Below, piece by piece: positions 19,746 to 29,545 of a DNA stretch of 64,000 nucleotides (positions are counted from its first letter, which is position 1; each line of letters opens with the position of its first letter). The notes under the pieces are model-generated. The model worked only from the letters and a program-made list of their open reading frames with translations, searched no databases and was not told the origin of the DNA. The DNA lies in NCBI GenBank assembly GCA_040389865.1, contig JAZJZM010000009.1:5616-69615 (forward strand). Reading direction: 5' to 3'. The stretch is from Bacteroidota bacterium. GTDB lineage: Bacteria > Bacteroidota > Bacteroidia > 2-12-FULL-35-15. Both the position numbers and the translations under genes were made by a program.

Positions 19746-19852
19746 TTAGTGATTTAGAGATTGGGTGATTTAGAGAATTCGTCATTTAATAAAATTTAGT
19801 CCTTTGAAAATTTTTCAAAATCTCCATTTTTTCAATTCTCCAATTCTCTATT
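19746..19852. repeat. Octamer inverted-arm spacer (TTAGAGAT / AATTCTCC)
   Basis: ttagtgat ttagagat tgggtgat ttagagaa ... aatctcc ... caattctc caattctc. Confidence 0.65.
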
Positions 19853-19946
19853 TTTCTACGCCCCGAAAGTAGTAAAATATTAGTTTACCAACAAAAATAT
19901 AAGAAATTTGGATTTATAAAGGAGTAAAACAACTCCTTAAGTGTTG

Positions 19947-19954
19947 TATTTTTG
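19947..19954 (+). promoter_or_regulatory. Bacteroidota -7 element
   Basis: TATTTTTG, 18 nt before the ATG at 19973. Confidence 0.5.
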
Positions 19955-19972
19955 TGCAAAAAATTAAAAAAA

Positions 19973-20647
19973 ATGAATAAATTTATTGCCGGCATCCTAC
20001 TAATAATAAGCATTGATTCTTGTCAAATAAAAACGATGGCACAACAAACTATCCGCTATGTTGCATTAGGCGATTCCTATACCATCTGCACGGGTGCGCA
20101 GGAAGAAGAATCCTGGCCGGTATTGCTTACTAAACATTTAAAAGAAAAAAATGTTGACATTGAACTAATCGCTAATCCTTCCGTAAACGGGATGACCACT
20201 CAGGCGGTTATTGAGTACGAATTACCGGTACTCGATAAATCAAAACCCACATTTGTAACCTTACTTATTGGCACAAACGATTGGGTGGTAGGCGCTGACT
20301 CGGTTTCATTTCAAAAAAGACTTGTTTACATTATAGAACACGTACAAAAGCAATTACCTGATAAAAACAAATTGATCCTGATAACACTTCCTGATTTTAG
20401 TGTAACGCCTTCGGGCAAAAACTACGGTCGTGGACGTGATATTTCAAAAGGAATTGCTGAATTCAATAAAATAATTATTTCAGAAGCCAAGAAACGAAAT
20501 TTAAAAACGGTTGATCTTTTTGAGGTCTCAAAAAAAATGGGAACAGAACCTGATCTGGTTTCGACAGATGGCTTACACCCTTCGGCAAAAGGATATGCAA
20601 CATGGGAATCACTTATTTTTCCGGTGGCCTATGAGTTATTGAAATAA
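19973..20647 (+). CDS. SGNH/GDSL hydrolase
   Basis: GDSY (block I), IGTND (block III), DGLHP (block V). Confidence 0.9.
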   Translation: MNKFIAGILLIISIDSCQIKTMAQQTIRYVALGDSYTICTGAQEEESWPVLLTKHLKEKNVDIELIANPSVNGMTTQAVIEYELPVLDKSKPTFVTLLIGTNDWVVGADSVSFQKRLVYIIEHVQKQLPDKNKLILITLPDFSVTPSGKNYGRGRDISKGIAEFNKIIISEAKKRNLKTVDLFEVSKKMGTEPDLVSTDGLHPSAKGYATWESLIFPVAYELLK

Positions 20648-20849
20648 GTTAAAAGTTTTTAAGTCAAAAGTCAAAAAGGTATAGTTGAAAGTCAAAAGAG
20701 TGAAATCAAAAATTAAAGAAGAAAAAGGTAAGTCAAAATTCAAAAGATGGAGAACAAATTACGGCTTTTGGCTTTATCATTTTAACTTTCCTTTTTGACT
20801 TTTTTCTCTTTTAACTTTTTTCTTCTTTTGACTTAAAAACTTTTGACTT
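20646..20849. repeat. Heptamer (AAGTCAA/TTGACTT) inverted-arm spacer with 25-bp terminal inverted repeats
   Basis: 20646-20670 pairs with 20825-20849 at 24/25 positions; the remaining position is T:G. Confidence 0.85.
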
Positions 20850-20856
20850 AAATTGA

Positions 20857-20864
20857 TATCTTTG
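20857..20864 (+). promoter_or_regulatory. Bacteroidota -7 element
   Basis: TATCTTTG, 18 nt before the ATG at 20883; TTTG tetramers lie upstream within the repeat arm. Confidence 0.6.
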
Positions 20865-20882
20865 CAGCCAAATTCCACATAA

Positions 20883-22676
20883 ATGGCACGTAAAGTCAAA
20901 GAAACAGACGATCTCCCTAAAGTAAAATTAACTAAATCATCCTTAAAAAAAGCATTACGTATTTTTCAATATGCCGGAGAGCATAACTGGAAACTATACA
21001 TTGGCTTGTTTTTTCTAATATTGACAGGTGGGACGGCTTTGGTTTTCCCCTGGATGTTAGGTGATCTGATAAAAAGTGTAGAGTTAAAAAATTTCTCCAA
21101 CATCAATGATATTGGACTTTACCTTATTCTGGTCCTTATACTCCAATCGGTTTTTTCGTATTTCAGAATTTATCTTTTTGTGAATTATACCGAAAATACC
21201 TTAGCCACATTGCGCCAGGCTTTATATGCTCAAATGATACGATTACCGATGTCGTTTTACGCAGAACAAAGGGTGGGAGATCTTAACAGTCGTATTTCTT
21301 CAGACATTTCACAATTATCCGATACGTTAACCACTACTATCGCTGAATTTCTAAGACAATTCATGTTAATAATCGGAGGTATTATTTTATTGCTGTTCAT
21401 CTCCCCTAAATTAACGCTTTTAATGTTGGCAATTGTGCCTGTAGTAGCTGTTGCTGCTGTTATTTTTGGCCGGTTTATCCGAAAAGTTTCGAGAGAAGTT
21501 CAGGATAAGATCGCGGAGTCGAATACAATTGTACAGGAAACATTGCAAGGAATTACTAATGTAAAGGCCTTCGCAAATGAATATTTTGAGAATTTAAGAT
21601 ACAAAAAAAGCACTGAATCAATTGTTGTAACAGCAATTCAGGGTGGAAAATACCGTGGAGCTTTTGCTTCATTTATCATCTTTTGTTTGTTTGGAGCGAT
21701 AGTAGCCGTTATTTGGTACGGAGTTTATCTTGCTTCAATGGATCAATTATTTATTGGTGATCTGATCAAATTTATTCTGTATTCAGTATACGTAGGTGCT
21801 TCATTTGGTGGTATTGCAGAACTTTATTCTCAAATTCAAAAAGCGGTAGGTGCAACTGAACGTGTATTCGAAATACTGGATGAACACCCCGAAGACCTTG
21901 ATATCACTACCGCTCAAACAAACATTACCCGTATAGAAGGGAATGTAGAGTTTAGAGATGTTGCATTTACATACCCTTCGCGCAAAGAAATTCAGGTATT
22001 AAAAAACATTAATCTTACAGCAAAAAAAGGTGAAACAATTGCCGTTGTCGGACCAAGTGGTTCGGGGAAATCCACTTTAATAGGGCTATTGCTGCGTTTT
22101 TACGATCCGGAGAAAGGAACACTTCTGATCGATGGAAAAGATGCAAAAAGCTATTCCTTAACAGAATTGAGAAACAATATGGCGATGGTGCCACAGGATG
22201 TAATATTATTTGGAGGTAGCATTAGAGAAAACATCGCTTATGGCAAGCCAACTGCAACTATCGCTGAAATTGCTGAGGCTGCGCGTAAAGCAAACGCATT
22301 GGAATTTATTGATACATTTCCTGAAAAATTTGAAACCCTTGTTGGCGAGCGCGGTATCAAACTTTCTGGAGGACAGCGCCAACGTATTGCTATTGCACGT
22401 GCTGTATTAAAAGATCCAAGTATTTTAATATTAGATGAAGCCACAAGTTCACTGGATTCGGAATCGGAACGGGTGGTACAGGAAGCCCTTGATAAACTTA
22501 TGGTTGGTCGTACTTCATTTGTAATTGCTCACCGATTATCTACCATCCGTAAAGCGGATAAAATCATTGTAATTGATAAAGGAAATGTTCGGGAAACCGG
22601 AACTCATGAGGAGCTGATCCTTCAGGAAAATGGCCTTTACCGCAGCTTAAGTAAGTTACAAATGGAATTAGCGTAA
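20883..22676 (+). CDS. ABC transporter fused permease/ATPase (MsbA-like exporter)
   Basis: N-terminal TM helices; Walker A GPSGSGKS, signature LSGGQ, Walker B ILILDEAT. Confidence 0.92.
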   Translation: MARKVKETDDLPKVKLTKSSLKKALRIFQYAGEHNWKLYIGLFFLILTGGTALVFPWMLGDLIKSVELKNFSNINDIGLYLILVLILQSVFSYFRIYLFVNYTENTLATLRQALYAQMIRLPMSFYAEQRVGDLNSRISSDISQLSDTLTTTIAEFLRQFMLIIGGIILLLFISPKLTLLMLAIVPVVAVAAVIFGRFIRKVSREVQDKIAESNTIVQETLQGITNVKAFANEYFENLRYKKSTESIVVTAIQGGKYRGAFASFIIFCLFGAIVAVIWYGVYLASMDQLFIGDLIKFILYSVYVGASFGGIAELYSQIQKAVGATERVFEILDEHPEDLDITTAQTNITRIEGNVEFRDVAFTYPSRKEIQVLKNINLTAKKGETIAVVGPSGSGKSTLIGLLLRFYDPEKGTLLIDGKDAKSYSLTELRNNMAMVPQDVILFGGSIRENIAYGKPTATIAEIAEAARKANALEFIDTFPEKFETLVGERGIKLSGGQRQRIAIARAVLKDPSILILDEATSSLDSESERVVQEALDKLMVGRTSFVIAHRLSTIRKADKIIVIDKGNVRETGTHEELILQENGLYRSLSKLQMELA

Positions 22677-22835
22677 CAATTAATTTTGCAATTAACCAAT
22701 TGAGCAGTAGGCAATAAAAAAGCAATTATACAATTTTGCAGTAGGCAATAAACCAATTTAACAGTAGGCAATTTTAAAATTAATTGAACAATTATTTAAC
22801 TAATAAATTGCTACTGACAAATTGTTAAATTGATA
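22676..22835. repeat. Repeat spacer with three GCAGTAGGCAAT-type units and a complementary ATTGCTACTG arm
   Basis: gcagtaggcaat twice and acagtaggcaat once, interspersed with gcaatta-like units; right arm aaattgctactgacaaattg. Confidence 0.65.
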
Positions 22836-22870
22836 TTCTTAACTTTACATACTATTTATTTACTTATTAT

Positions 22871-25087
22871 ATGGAAGAACAAGTTGTAATTGATTTAGAA
22901 GCTGAAAAAAAAGAAATACTAAAACGCTACCGCGGATTATTACGTGCCTGTCGCAGAACTATTGAAAAAGGGGATAAACTTCTTATCCGTAAAGCCTTTG
23001 ATATTGCGTTAGAAGCGCATAAACACATGCGCAGAAAATCGGGTGAGCCTTATATTTATCACCCAATTGCTGTTGCCCATATTTGTGCCGAAGAAATTGG
23101 CTTAGGAACCACATCAGTAGTATGTGCTTTATTGCATGATGTTGTGGAAGACACTGACCTTACATTGGATGATATCCGTGTATCGTTTGGTGAAAAAGAA
23201 GCTAAGATCATTGATGGTCTGACCAAAATATCAGGCGTTTTTGATCAAGGTTCCTCCTTACAGGCCGAAAATTTCAGAAAAATGTTGCTCACATTATCTG
23301 ATGATGTACGTGTAATACTTATTAAGCTTGCCGACCGTCTTCATAACATGCGTACGTTGGATAGCATGAAGCGCGACAAACAATTAAAAATTGCTTCGGA
23401 AACGCTTTATTTATATGCTCCTTTAGCGCACCGTTTGGGATTAAATGCGATCAAAAGTGAATTAGAGGATCTGGGATTAAAATATACCGAGCCTGATAGT
23501 TATAATGAAATTCAGCAGCATTTAAAAGAGGCTGAACCGGAGAGAAAAAAATTCATTTCAAAATTCATTATTCCAATTAAAGAAATATTGGAAGAACAAG
23601 GAATGAAATTTACTATAATCGGAAGGCCTAAGTCCATCTATTCGATCAATAATAAGATAAAAACAAAAGGGGTTACCTTTGAAAATATTTTCGATTTATT
23701 TGCGATCCGAATAATCATTGATACACCTTCTGAAAACGAAAAAGCTGACTGCTGGCGTGTTTACTCCATTGTAACTGATTTTTACCATCCAAGCCCCGAG
23801 CGTTTGCGTGATTGGATATCTACCCCTAAAGCAAATGGTTACGAAAGCTTACATGCCACTGTAATGGGGCCTGAAGGCAAATGGGTGGAAGTACAAATTC
23901 GTACTGTAAGGATGGACGAATTAGCTGAAAAAGGCTATGCTGCACATTGGAAGTATAAAGACAGCGGTAATGAAAGCCAACTGGATGATTGGATCAGAAA
24001 GATCCGTGAGATCCTGGAAAGTCCTGAAGAAAATGCAATGGAGTTTTTGGATGATTTCAAACTCAATTTGTTTGCAGAAGAAATTTTCGCGTTCACACCC
24101 AAAGGAGAAATAAAAACACTCCCAATAAATTCGACTGCACTTGATTTTGCATTTGATATTCATACCAAAATAGGTGAAAAATGTATTGGTGCAAAAGTGA
24201 ACCACAAATTAGTTCCATTAAGCTATAAGCTAAAGAGTGGCGACCAGGTGGAAGTATTGACCTCCAGCAAACAAACGCCTAAGGAAGATTGGTTGGGTTA
24301 TGTGGTAACAGCACGTGCCAAATCAAAAATAAAAAATGCATTAAAAGAAGAAAGACGAAAAGTAGCGGAAGATGGCAAGGAAATGCTGGAACGTAAATTC
24401 AATCATTTAAAAATTGATTTTAATCCCTCAAACATAAATGATCTTGCCAATTACTTTAAACTACCAAGCAGTCAGGAGTTGTTTTATCGAATAGCCGTTG
24501 GTAATATTGAACTGAAACATTTAAAAGATTTCAGCCAGGAGCATGGTAAGATCACACATAAATCCGGAAGCATAAAAAAGGAAGAAACAACCAAATCGTT
24601 GGAACAGATGGTTACTACAGCTCGTGGTAAATCTGATATGCTGGTGATCGGTGAAAATCTTCAAAAATTTGATTACAAACTTTCACCTTGCTGTAACCCT
24701 ATTCCGGGGGATGATGTATTTGGCTTTATTACTATCAGTGAGGGGATAAAAATCCACAGGGTAAATTGCCCTAATGCGATACAATTACTATCAAACTACG
24801 CGTACAGGGTAGTTAAAGCTAAATGGACAACTCCTGAATTAATTGCATTCCTTGCAGGAATGAAAATTACAGGTATTGACGAAGTGGGCTTGGTAAATAA
24901 CATCACCAAAATCATTTCAAATGAGCACAATGTGAATATGCGTTCCATCAGCTTTGATAGTAACGATGGCACTTTTGAAGGAACAGTGATGGTATATGTA
25001 CATGATACAACTCATCTCACCGAATTAATGAAAAAACTCAAAACTGTAAATGGTGTGCTTACGGTTACAAGGATGGATGGGCAATAA
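22871..25087 (+). CDS. rel: Bifunctional (p)ppGpp synthetase/hydrolase (long RSH)
   Basis: RKSGEPY and LLHDVVED (HD domain), KANGYESLH, EVQIRT, TGS domain, CC motif and C-terminal ACT domain. Confidence 0.95.
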   Translation: MEEQVVIDLEAEKKEILKRYRGLLRACRRTIEKGDKLLIRKAFDIALEAHKHMRRKSGEPYIYHPIAVAHICAEEIGLGTTSVVCALLHDVVEDTDLTLDDIRVSFGEKEAKIIDGLTKISGVFDQGSSLQAENFRKMLLTLSDDVRVILIKLADRLHNMRTLDSMKRDKQLKIASETLYLYAPLAHRLGLNAIKSELEDLGLKYTEPDSYNEIQQHLKEAEPERKKFISKFIIPIKEILEEQGMKFTIIGRPKSIYSINNKIKTKGVTFENIFDLFAIRIIIDTPSENEKADCWRVYSIVTDFYHPSPERLRDWISTPKANGYESLHATVMGPEGKWVEVQIRTVRMDELAEKGYAAHWKYKDSGNESQLDDWIRKIREILESPEENAMEFLDDFKLNLFAEEIFAFTPKGEIKTLPINSTALDFAFDIHTKIGEKCIGAKVNHKLVPLSYKLKSGDQVEVLTSSKQTPKEDWLGYVVTARAKSKIKNALKEERRKVAEDGKEMLERKFNHLKIDFNPSNINDLANYFKLPSSQELFYRIAVGNIELKHLKDFSQEHGKITHKSGSIKKEETTKSLEQMVTTARGKSDMLVIGENLQKFDYKLSPCCNPIPGDDVFGFITISEGIKIHRVNCPNAIQLLSNYAYRVVKAKWTTPELIAFLAGMKITGIDEVGLVNNITKIISNEHNVNMRSISFDSNDGTFEGTVMVYVHDTTHLTELMKKLKTVNGVLTVTRMDGQ

Positions 25088-25220
25088 TTTAAGTTTTAAA
25101 GTTGGAAAGTTTAAAGTTAGAAAGTTCAAATTTGTTGACATAAAATTTTTAGCTTACAATTTATTATAAACGTATAATAACCGGCAAATTTTAAACTTTA
25201 AACTTTCTAACTTTGAACTG
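25088..25220. repeat. AAAGTT/AACTTT 7-8 nt alternating inverted-arm spacer
   Basis: aaagtt gg aaagtt t aaagtt ag aaagtt c ... aacttt a aacttt ct aacttt g aact. Confidence 0.8.
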
Positions 25221-25260
25221 TTTTTTTCGTATTTTTATACCTTAAATATATTGCAATACT

Positions 25261-25779
25261 ATGTCAATTGTTGATACAAGGGAAACCGTAAAACAAATTT
25301 TTGAGGAATACCTTGTTAAACATGGTCATCGTAAAACACCCGAGCGTTTTGCGATATTAAGTGAAATATACTCACAAGGTGGCCACTTTGATATTGAATC
25401 GCTTTATATTCAAATGAAAAACAAGAAGTATCGCGTTAGTCGTGCTACACTTTATAACACCATAGAATTGCTTCTTAATTGCAGTTTAGTGACCAAACAT
25501 CAGTTTGGAAAAAATTTAGCACAATTTGAAAAATCATACGAGTTCAAACAGCATGATCATTTAATTTGTCAGGATTGCGAAAAAGTGTTTGAATTTTGTG
25601 ATCCGCGATTGCAACAAATACAGGAAACAGCTGGTGATATCTTAGGTTTTAAGATCGATCATCACTCACTTAATTTATTTGGCAAATGTGGTAAGCTCGC
25701 GAAAAATGGAACATGTGAGAATAAAAAATCAAACGACAAAAAACTTTCGTCTCAACCCTTAACCTCAGGAGAGGAATAG
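25261..25779 (+). CDS. Fur-family transcriptional regulator
   Basis: [28 protein letters not shown] and a C-terminal Cys motif. Confidence 0.9.
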   Translation: MSIVDTRETVKQIFEEYLVKHGHRKTPERFAILSEIYSQGGHFDIESLYIQMKNKKYRVSRATLYNTIELLLNCSLVTKHQFGKNLAQFEKSYEFKQHDHLICQDCEKVFEFCDPRLQQIQETAGDILGFKIDHHSLNLFGKCGKLAKNGTCENKKSNDKKLSSQPLTSGEE

Positions 25780-25856
25780 GTTTGAGAAAAATAAATTCAA
25801 TTTTGAAAAATGCAGATTTGAAAATATTTTTTTTAATTTTCAAATTAACAAATTAA
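25778..25856. repeat. Octamer (TTTGAAAA) spacer
   Basis: tttgagaaaa...ttttgaaaaatgcagatttgaaaat...ttttcaaattaacaaattaac. Confidence 0.45.
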
Positions 25857-25859
25857 CTT

Positions 25860-26207
25860 ATGGTATTCGAATACAAATCAAACAAGCTAAAAAACGTCAA
25901 CCAGTATCTTCTTTTTGGTGAACTCATCGATAGAAATCAGGCTAAGGACTTGCTGACAGAAATTGAGGCTACTATTGCTAAAGGAGAAAACAAAATTCTG
26001 CTTAATCTTCAGGAGTTAAAATATATCAATAGCAGTGGGTTAAATGTATTTATTAATATTCTTACCAAAGCCCGCAAAGATTCCGGAGAGGTGGCTATTT
26101 GCTGCGTAAATAAAAAAATTACTGAACTATTGGTAATTACCAAGCTTGACAGCATTTTTAATGTTAGTGAAAATGAAGAAAGAGCTATTGAAGTTTTGAA
26201 TAAATAA
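25860..26207 (+). CDS. STAS domain protein (anti-sigma factor antagonist)
   Basis: LNLQELKYINSSGL (STAS phospho-Ser motif) and LLVITKLDSIF. Confidence 0.9.
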   Translation: MVFEYKSNKLKNVNQYLLFGELIDRNQAKDLLTEIEATIAKGENKILLNLQELKYINSSGLNVFINILTKARKDSGEVAICCVNKKITELLVITKLDSIFNVSENEERAIEVLNK

Positions 26208-26214
26208 AAAAGAT

Positions 26215-26353
26215 AGTTTTAAAGTTCAAAGTTTGAATGTTTAAAGTTTGAAAATGAATTTAAGAAATCGAATATTCAATTCAACTTATTTGCAACCTAC
26301 TTTAGATAAAATCCAAACGAACTAACAAACTTTAAACTTTACAACTTTAAACT
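26215..26353. repeat. AAAGTTT/AAACTTT heptamer inverted-arm spacer
   Basis: aaagttcaaagtttgaatgtttaaagtttg ... aaactttaaactttacaactttaaact. Confidence 0.75.
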
Positions 26354-26363
26354 AATTTGTAAC

Positions 26364-27659
26364 ATGAAAGTAGATGTATTATTAGGTCTTCAGTGGGGAG
26401 ACGAGGGGAAAGGAAAAATTGTAGATGTATTAACACCGAAATATGATATTATCGGGCGTTTTCAGGGTGGACCAAATGCCGGACATACCCTCGAGTTCAA
26501 TGGTATAAAGCACGTGCTGCATACTATACCTTCCGGTATTTTTCACGACAAAAAAATAAACGTTGTTGGTAACGGTGTAGTGATCGATCCCGTGATCTTC
26601 AAAAAAGAAATAGATGCCTTGGTAAAACTGAATGTTGATGTAAAATCAAAATTAGTGATCTCCAAACGTGCTCATTTAATTTTACCGACACACCGCCTTC
26701 TGGATGCTGCTTCTGAAGCAAGCAAAGGCAAAGAGAAGATTGGATCTACCCTTAAAGGTATTGGACCAACCTATATGGATAAAACAGGTCGTAACGGTTT
26801 GCGTGTTGGTGATATCGATAGCCCTGATTTTAAAAATAAATACAATGCCTTGGTTGAAAAACACAAGCAATTATTAAATTTCTACAATTACCAATACAAC
26901 CTTACAGAGTTGGAGCCAGCTTTTTTTGAGGGTATTGAAGTTTTAAAAAGTTTAAAACGAGTTGAGAGTGAGCATTATATTGATGAAGCATTAAAAAATA
27001 ACAAAGCGATATTGGCTGAAGGTGCTCAAGGTTCCTTATTAGATATTGATTTTGGTTCATATCCATTTGTAACATCATCAAACACTATATGTGCAGGTGC
27101 TTGTACAGGTTTAGGAATTGCTCCTAATAAAATTGGAAATGTAATTGGTATTTTTAAAGCATACTGCACACGTGTTGGCAGTGGGCCGTTCCCAACCGAG
27201 CTAAATGATGAAGTAGGTGAGCAAATAAGAAAAACAGGTAATGAATTTGGTTCTACCACCGGTCGTCCGAGACGCACAGGATGGTTAGATCTACCTGCAC
27301 TTAAATATGCTATTATGATCAATGGCGTTACTGAATTGATGATGATGAAAGCGGATATATTAAGTGGTTTTGAAACTATAAAAGTATGTACCCATTATAA
27401 TTATCAAGGCGAAAAAATTAATTACCTGCCTTATGATTATTCTCCCGAATTACTTTCACCTGTTTACAAAGAATTAAAAGGATGGAATCAGGATCTGACA
27501 GGACTTAACAGCCCTGACCAAATGCCTGAAGAATTAAATGAATACATTTCATTTATTGAGCGTGAAGCCGGTGTGCCAATTTCAATTGTTTCTGTTGGCC
27601 CTGACCGCACTCAAACATTGATGCGCAAAAAAAACAGTCCTACTCCAGCCCTACCATAG
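26364..27659 (+). CDS. purA: Adenylosuccinate synthetase
   Basis: GLQWGDEGKGK, QGGPNAGHT, EGAQG, EFGSTTGRPRRTGW motifs. Confidence 0.98.
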   Translation: MKVDVLLGLQWGDEGKGKIVDVLTPKYDIIGRFQGGPNAGHTLEFNGIKHVLHTIPSGIFHDKKINVVGNGVVIDPVIFKKEIDALVKLNVDVKSKLVISKRAHLILPTHRLLDAASEASKGKEKIGSTLKGIGPTYMDKTGRNGLRVGDIDSPDFKNKYNALVEKHKQLLNFYNYQYNLTELEPAFFEGIEVLKSLKRVESEHYIDEALKNNKAILAEGAQGSLLDIDFGSYPFVTSSNTICAGACTGLGIAPNKIGNVIGIFKAYCTRVGSGPFPTELNDEVGEQIRKTGNEFGSTTGRPRRTGWLDLPALKYAIMINGVTELMMMKADILSGFETIKVCTHYNYQGEKINYLPYDYSPELLSPVYKELKGWNQDLTGLNSPDQMPEELNEYISFIEREAGVPISIVSVGPDRTQTLMRKKNSPTPALP

Positions 27660-27822
27660 ACACCTCTCCCTTAATCCCTCTCCACAGGAGAGGGGCTAAA
27701 CGTAAAAAAGAAAAGGTTATATGATGAGGCTAATTTATAAAGTTAATTGCAAGCAACTCTCCTTCCCCCGCCCCTCCCGTGGAGAGAGGATTAAGGAGAG
27801 CGCTATTCTTTGGAGAGGGTTA
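27636..27822. repeat. Cluster of CCCCTCTCC..GGAGAGGGG-type REPs between purA and ostA-like gene
   Basis: cctctcccttaatccctctccacaggagaggggct; ctccttcccccgcccctcccgtggagagaggattaaggagag; tggagagggtta. Confidence 0.7.
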
Positions 27823-29442
27823 ATGAAAGGTATTTTATTTTTTTTACTTTTCATTCCTCTATACTCCTATTCTCAAAAACAAGTAGAAATTCTTAATGCC
27901 GGTTCTTTAAAAGTTGCAAGTAATATAGCAGCCGGTGCAAAGCGCTTGATAGGTGATGTGCAATTTAAACATGAGAACACACTCATGTATTGCGACAGTG
28001 CGTATTTCTATTCGGATAATTCATTGGATGCTTTCGGACATGTACGTATCCAGGAAAACGATGGTATTAACTTGTATGGTGATCTATTGAAATACAGTGG
28101 TAATACAAAAATAGCGGTATTGACAAGAAATGTAATTATTAGCAAAGGTGATATGCAACTCACTACCGATGTATTGAATTATGATATTGCAACAGGGATT
28201 GGATATTATACAACCCCTGCCCGGATCGTTAATAAAGACAATATTCTTACAAGTGACCGTGGTTCATTTCATTCAAAAACCAACGATTTTAATTTCAAAA
28301 AAAATGTAGTGCTTACCAATCCACAATTTGTAATTAATTGTGATACGATGCGCTATAATACATTATCAAAAGTTACTTATTTCCTGGGGCCCACCACCAT
28401 CAAGGGGAAAGAGAACCTGATCTATTGCGAGGACGGATGGTATGATACCAATAACGATCTGTCCCGTTTTAATAAAAATGCATACATCATCAGTAAAGAG
28501 CAAAAAATGATGGGGGATAGTATTTACTATGACCGCAAGCAAGGAATTGGCAGGGCATTTAGTAATATTCAGATCATTGACACTGCACAAAACCTTACTA
28601 TTAAAGGCGATTATGCCATCCATTATGAACTGAATGATTTTTCGTTTGTTACCGGGAAAGCTTTGCTAACGCAGATGTATGAAAAAGACACCCTGTATTT
28701 ACATGCAGATACCTTGAAAGTAACAAGCACTAATTCTAACAAATCACGTATTCAACCAAAGGCCACAATTAAAGAAACGAAAGGCAAGGGCAAGGACTCA
28801 AAAAATAAAAAACAAAAAACAAAAGAGAGCGAACAGCCCGAAATTAAAGAAACGGTGAGTTCGAATGATTCAATTTCAAATGGTAAACAATTATTTGCAT
28901 ATCATAAAGTGAAATTTTTCAAAAATGATCTTCAAGGAAAATGTGATTCATTATCTTATACCACAATGGATTCGACAATGAAATTATATGGGAGACCTAT
29001 AATTTGGTCGGAAGAAAATCAATTGACTGCGGACAGCATGAAAATACAAACAGGAAATAAATCCATTCAATCAATTGAATTAAAAAGCAGTGGGTTTATT
29101 GTGTCCAAAGAGGATAGCATACATTACAATCAAATACGAGGCAAATACATGAAGGGGTATTTCAAGAAAAATGATCTATATCTTATTAAGGTGGAGGGCA
29201 ATGGACAAACTATTTATTATGCAAAAGAAAAAGAAAGGATAAAAGCAGTGAATCGAGCTGACTGCACTAACTTAAATATTTATATGAAGGATAAAAAAAT
29301 GCATCACATTACCTTTATTACAAAGCCGGAAGCAACTCTTTACCCTCTTGAACAAATAGATGTAAAAGAATTGAAGCTAAAAGATTTTAACTGGAGAGGT
29401 TCCGAAAAGCCACTTAAAGTGGAGGATATCTTTACCTGGTAA
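27823..29442 (+). CDS. OstA-like / LptA-LptD_N domain protein
   Basis: Signal peptide MKGILFFLLFIPLYSYS; MYCDSAYFY..N and beta-jellyroll-type repeats. The 34 upstream in-frame codons are REP-derived, so the start is moved to 27823. Confidence 0.8.
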   Translation: MKGILFFLLFIPLYSYSQKQVEILNAGSLKVASNIAAGAKRLIGDVQFKHENTLMYCDSAYFYSDNSLDAFGHVRIQENDGINLYGDLLKYSGNTKIAVLTRNVIISKGDMQLTTDVLNYDIATGIGYYTTPARIVNKDNILTSDRGSFHSKTNDFNFKKNVVLTNPQFVINCDTMRYNTLSKVTYFLGPTTIKGKENLIYCEDGWYDTNNDLSRFNKNAYIISKEQKMMGDSIYYDRKQGIGRAFSNIQIIDTAQNLTIKGDYAIHYELNDFSFVTGKALLTQMYEKDTLYLHADTLKVTSTNSNKSRIQPKATIKETKGKGKDSKNKKQKTKESEQPEIKETVSSNDSISNGKQLFAYHKVKFFKNDLQGKCDSLSYTTMDSTMKLYGRPIIWSEENQLTADSMKIQTGNKSIQSIELKSSGFIVSKEDSIHYNQIRGKYMKGYFKKNDLYLIKVEGNGQTIYYAKEKERIKAVNRADCTNLNIYMKDKKMHHITFITKPEATLYPLEQIDVKELKLKDFNWRGSEKPLKVEDIFTW

Positions 29443-29522
29443 TTTTTAATTATGTTGAATGTAAATATTGAATTTTGGATGTTGAATGGTGGATGTTGGA
29501 TGTTGGATGTTGAATTATCATT
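29443..29522. repeat. GGATGTT heptamer tandem between convergent genes
   Basis: ggatgttgaat ggtggatgtt ggatgtt ggatgtt gaat. Confidence 0.75.
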
Positions 29523-29545
29523 TTGATCTATCATTTAAAACAAAT

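Noticed and set aside
28720-28890. Lys/Glu-rich segment in the OstA-like protein as a repeat-derived insertion
   Set aside because: Low complexity but no 7-8 nt phasing or palindromic structure; likely an ordinary disordered linker.
29433-29460. dif-like site (TTATGTTGAAT resembles the XerD arm) near the switch in dominant gene orientation
   Set aside because: The putative XerC arm lacks the ATAA end, and the match is part of the GGATGTT heptamer array.
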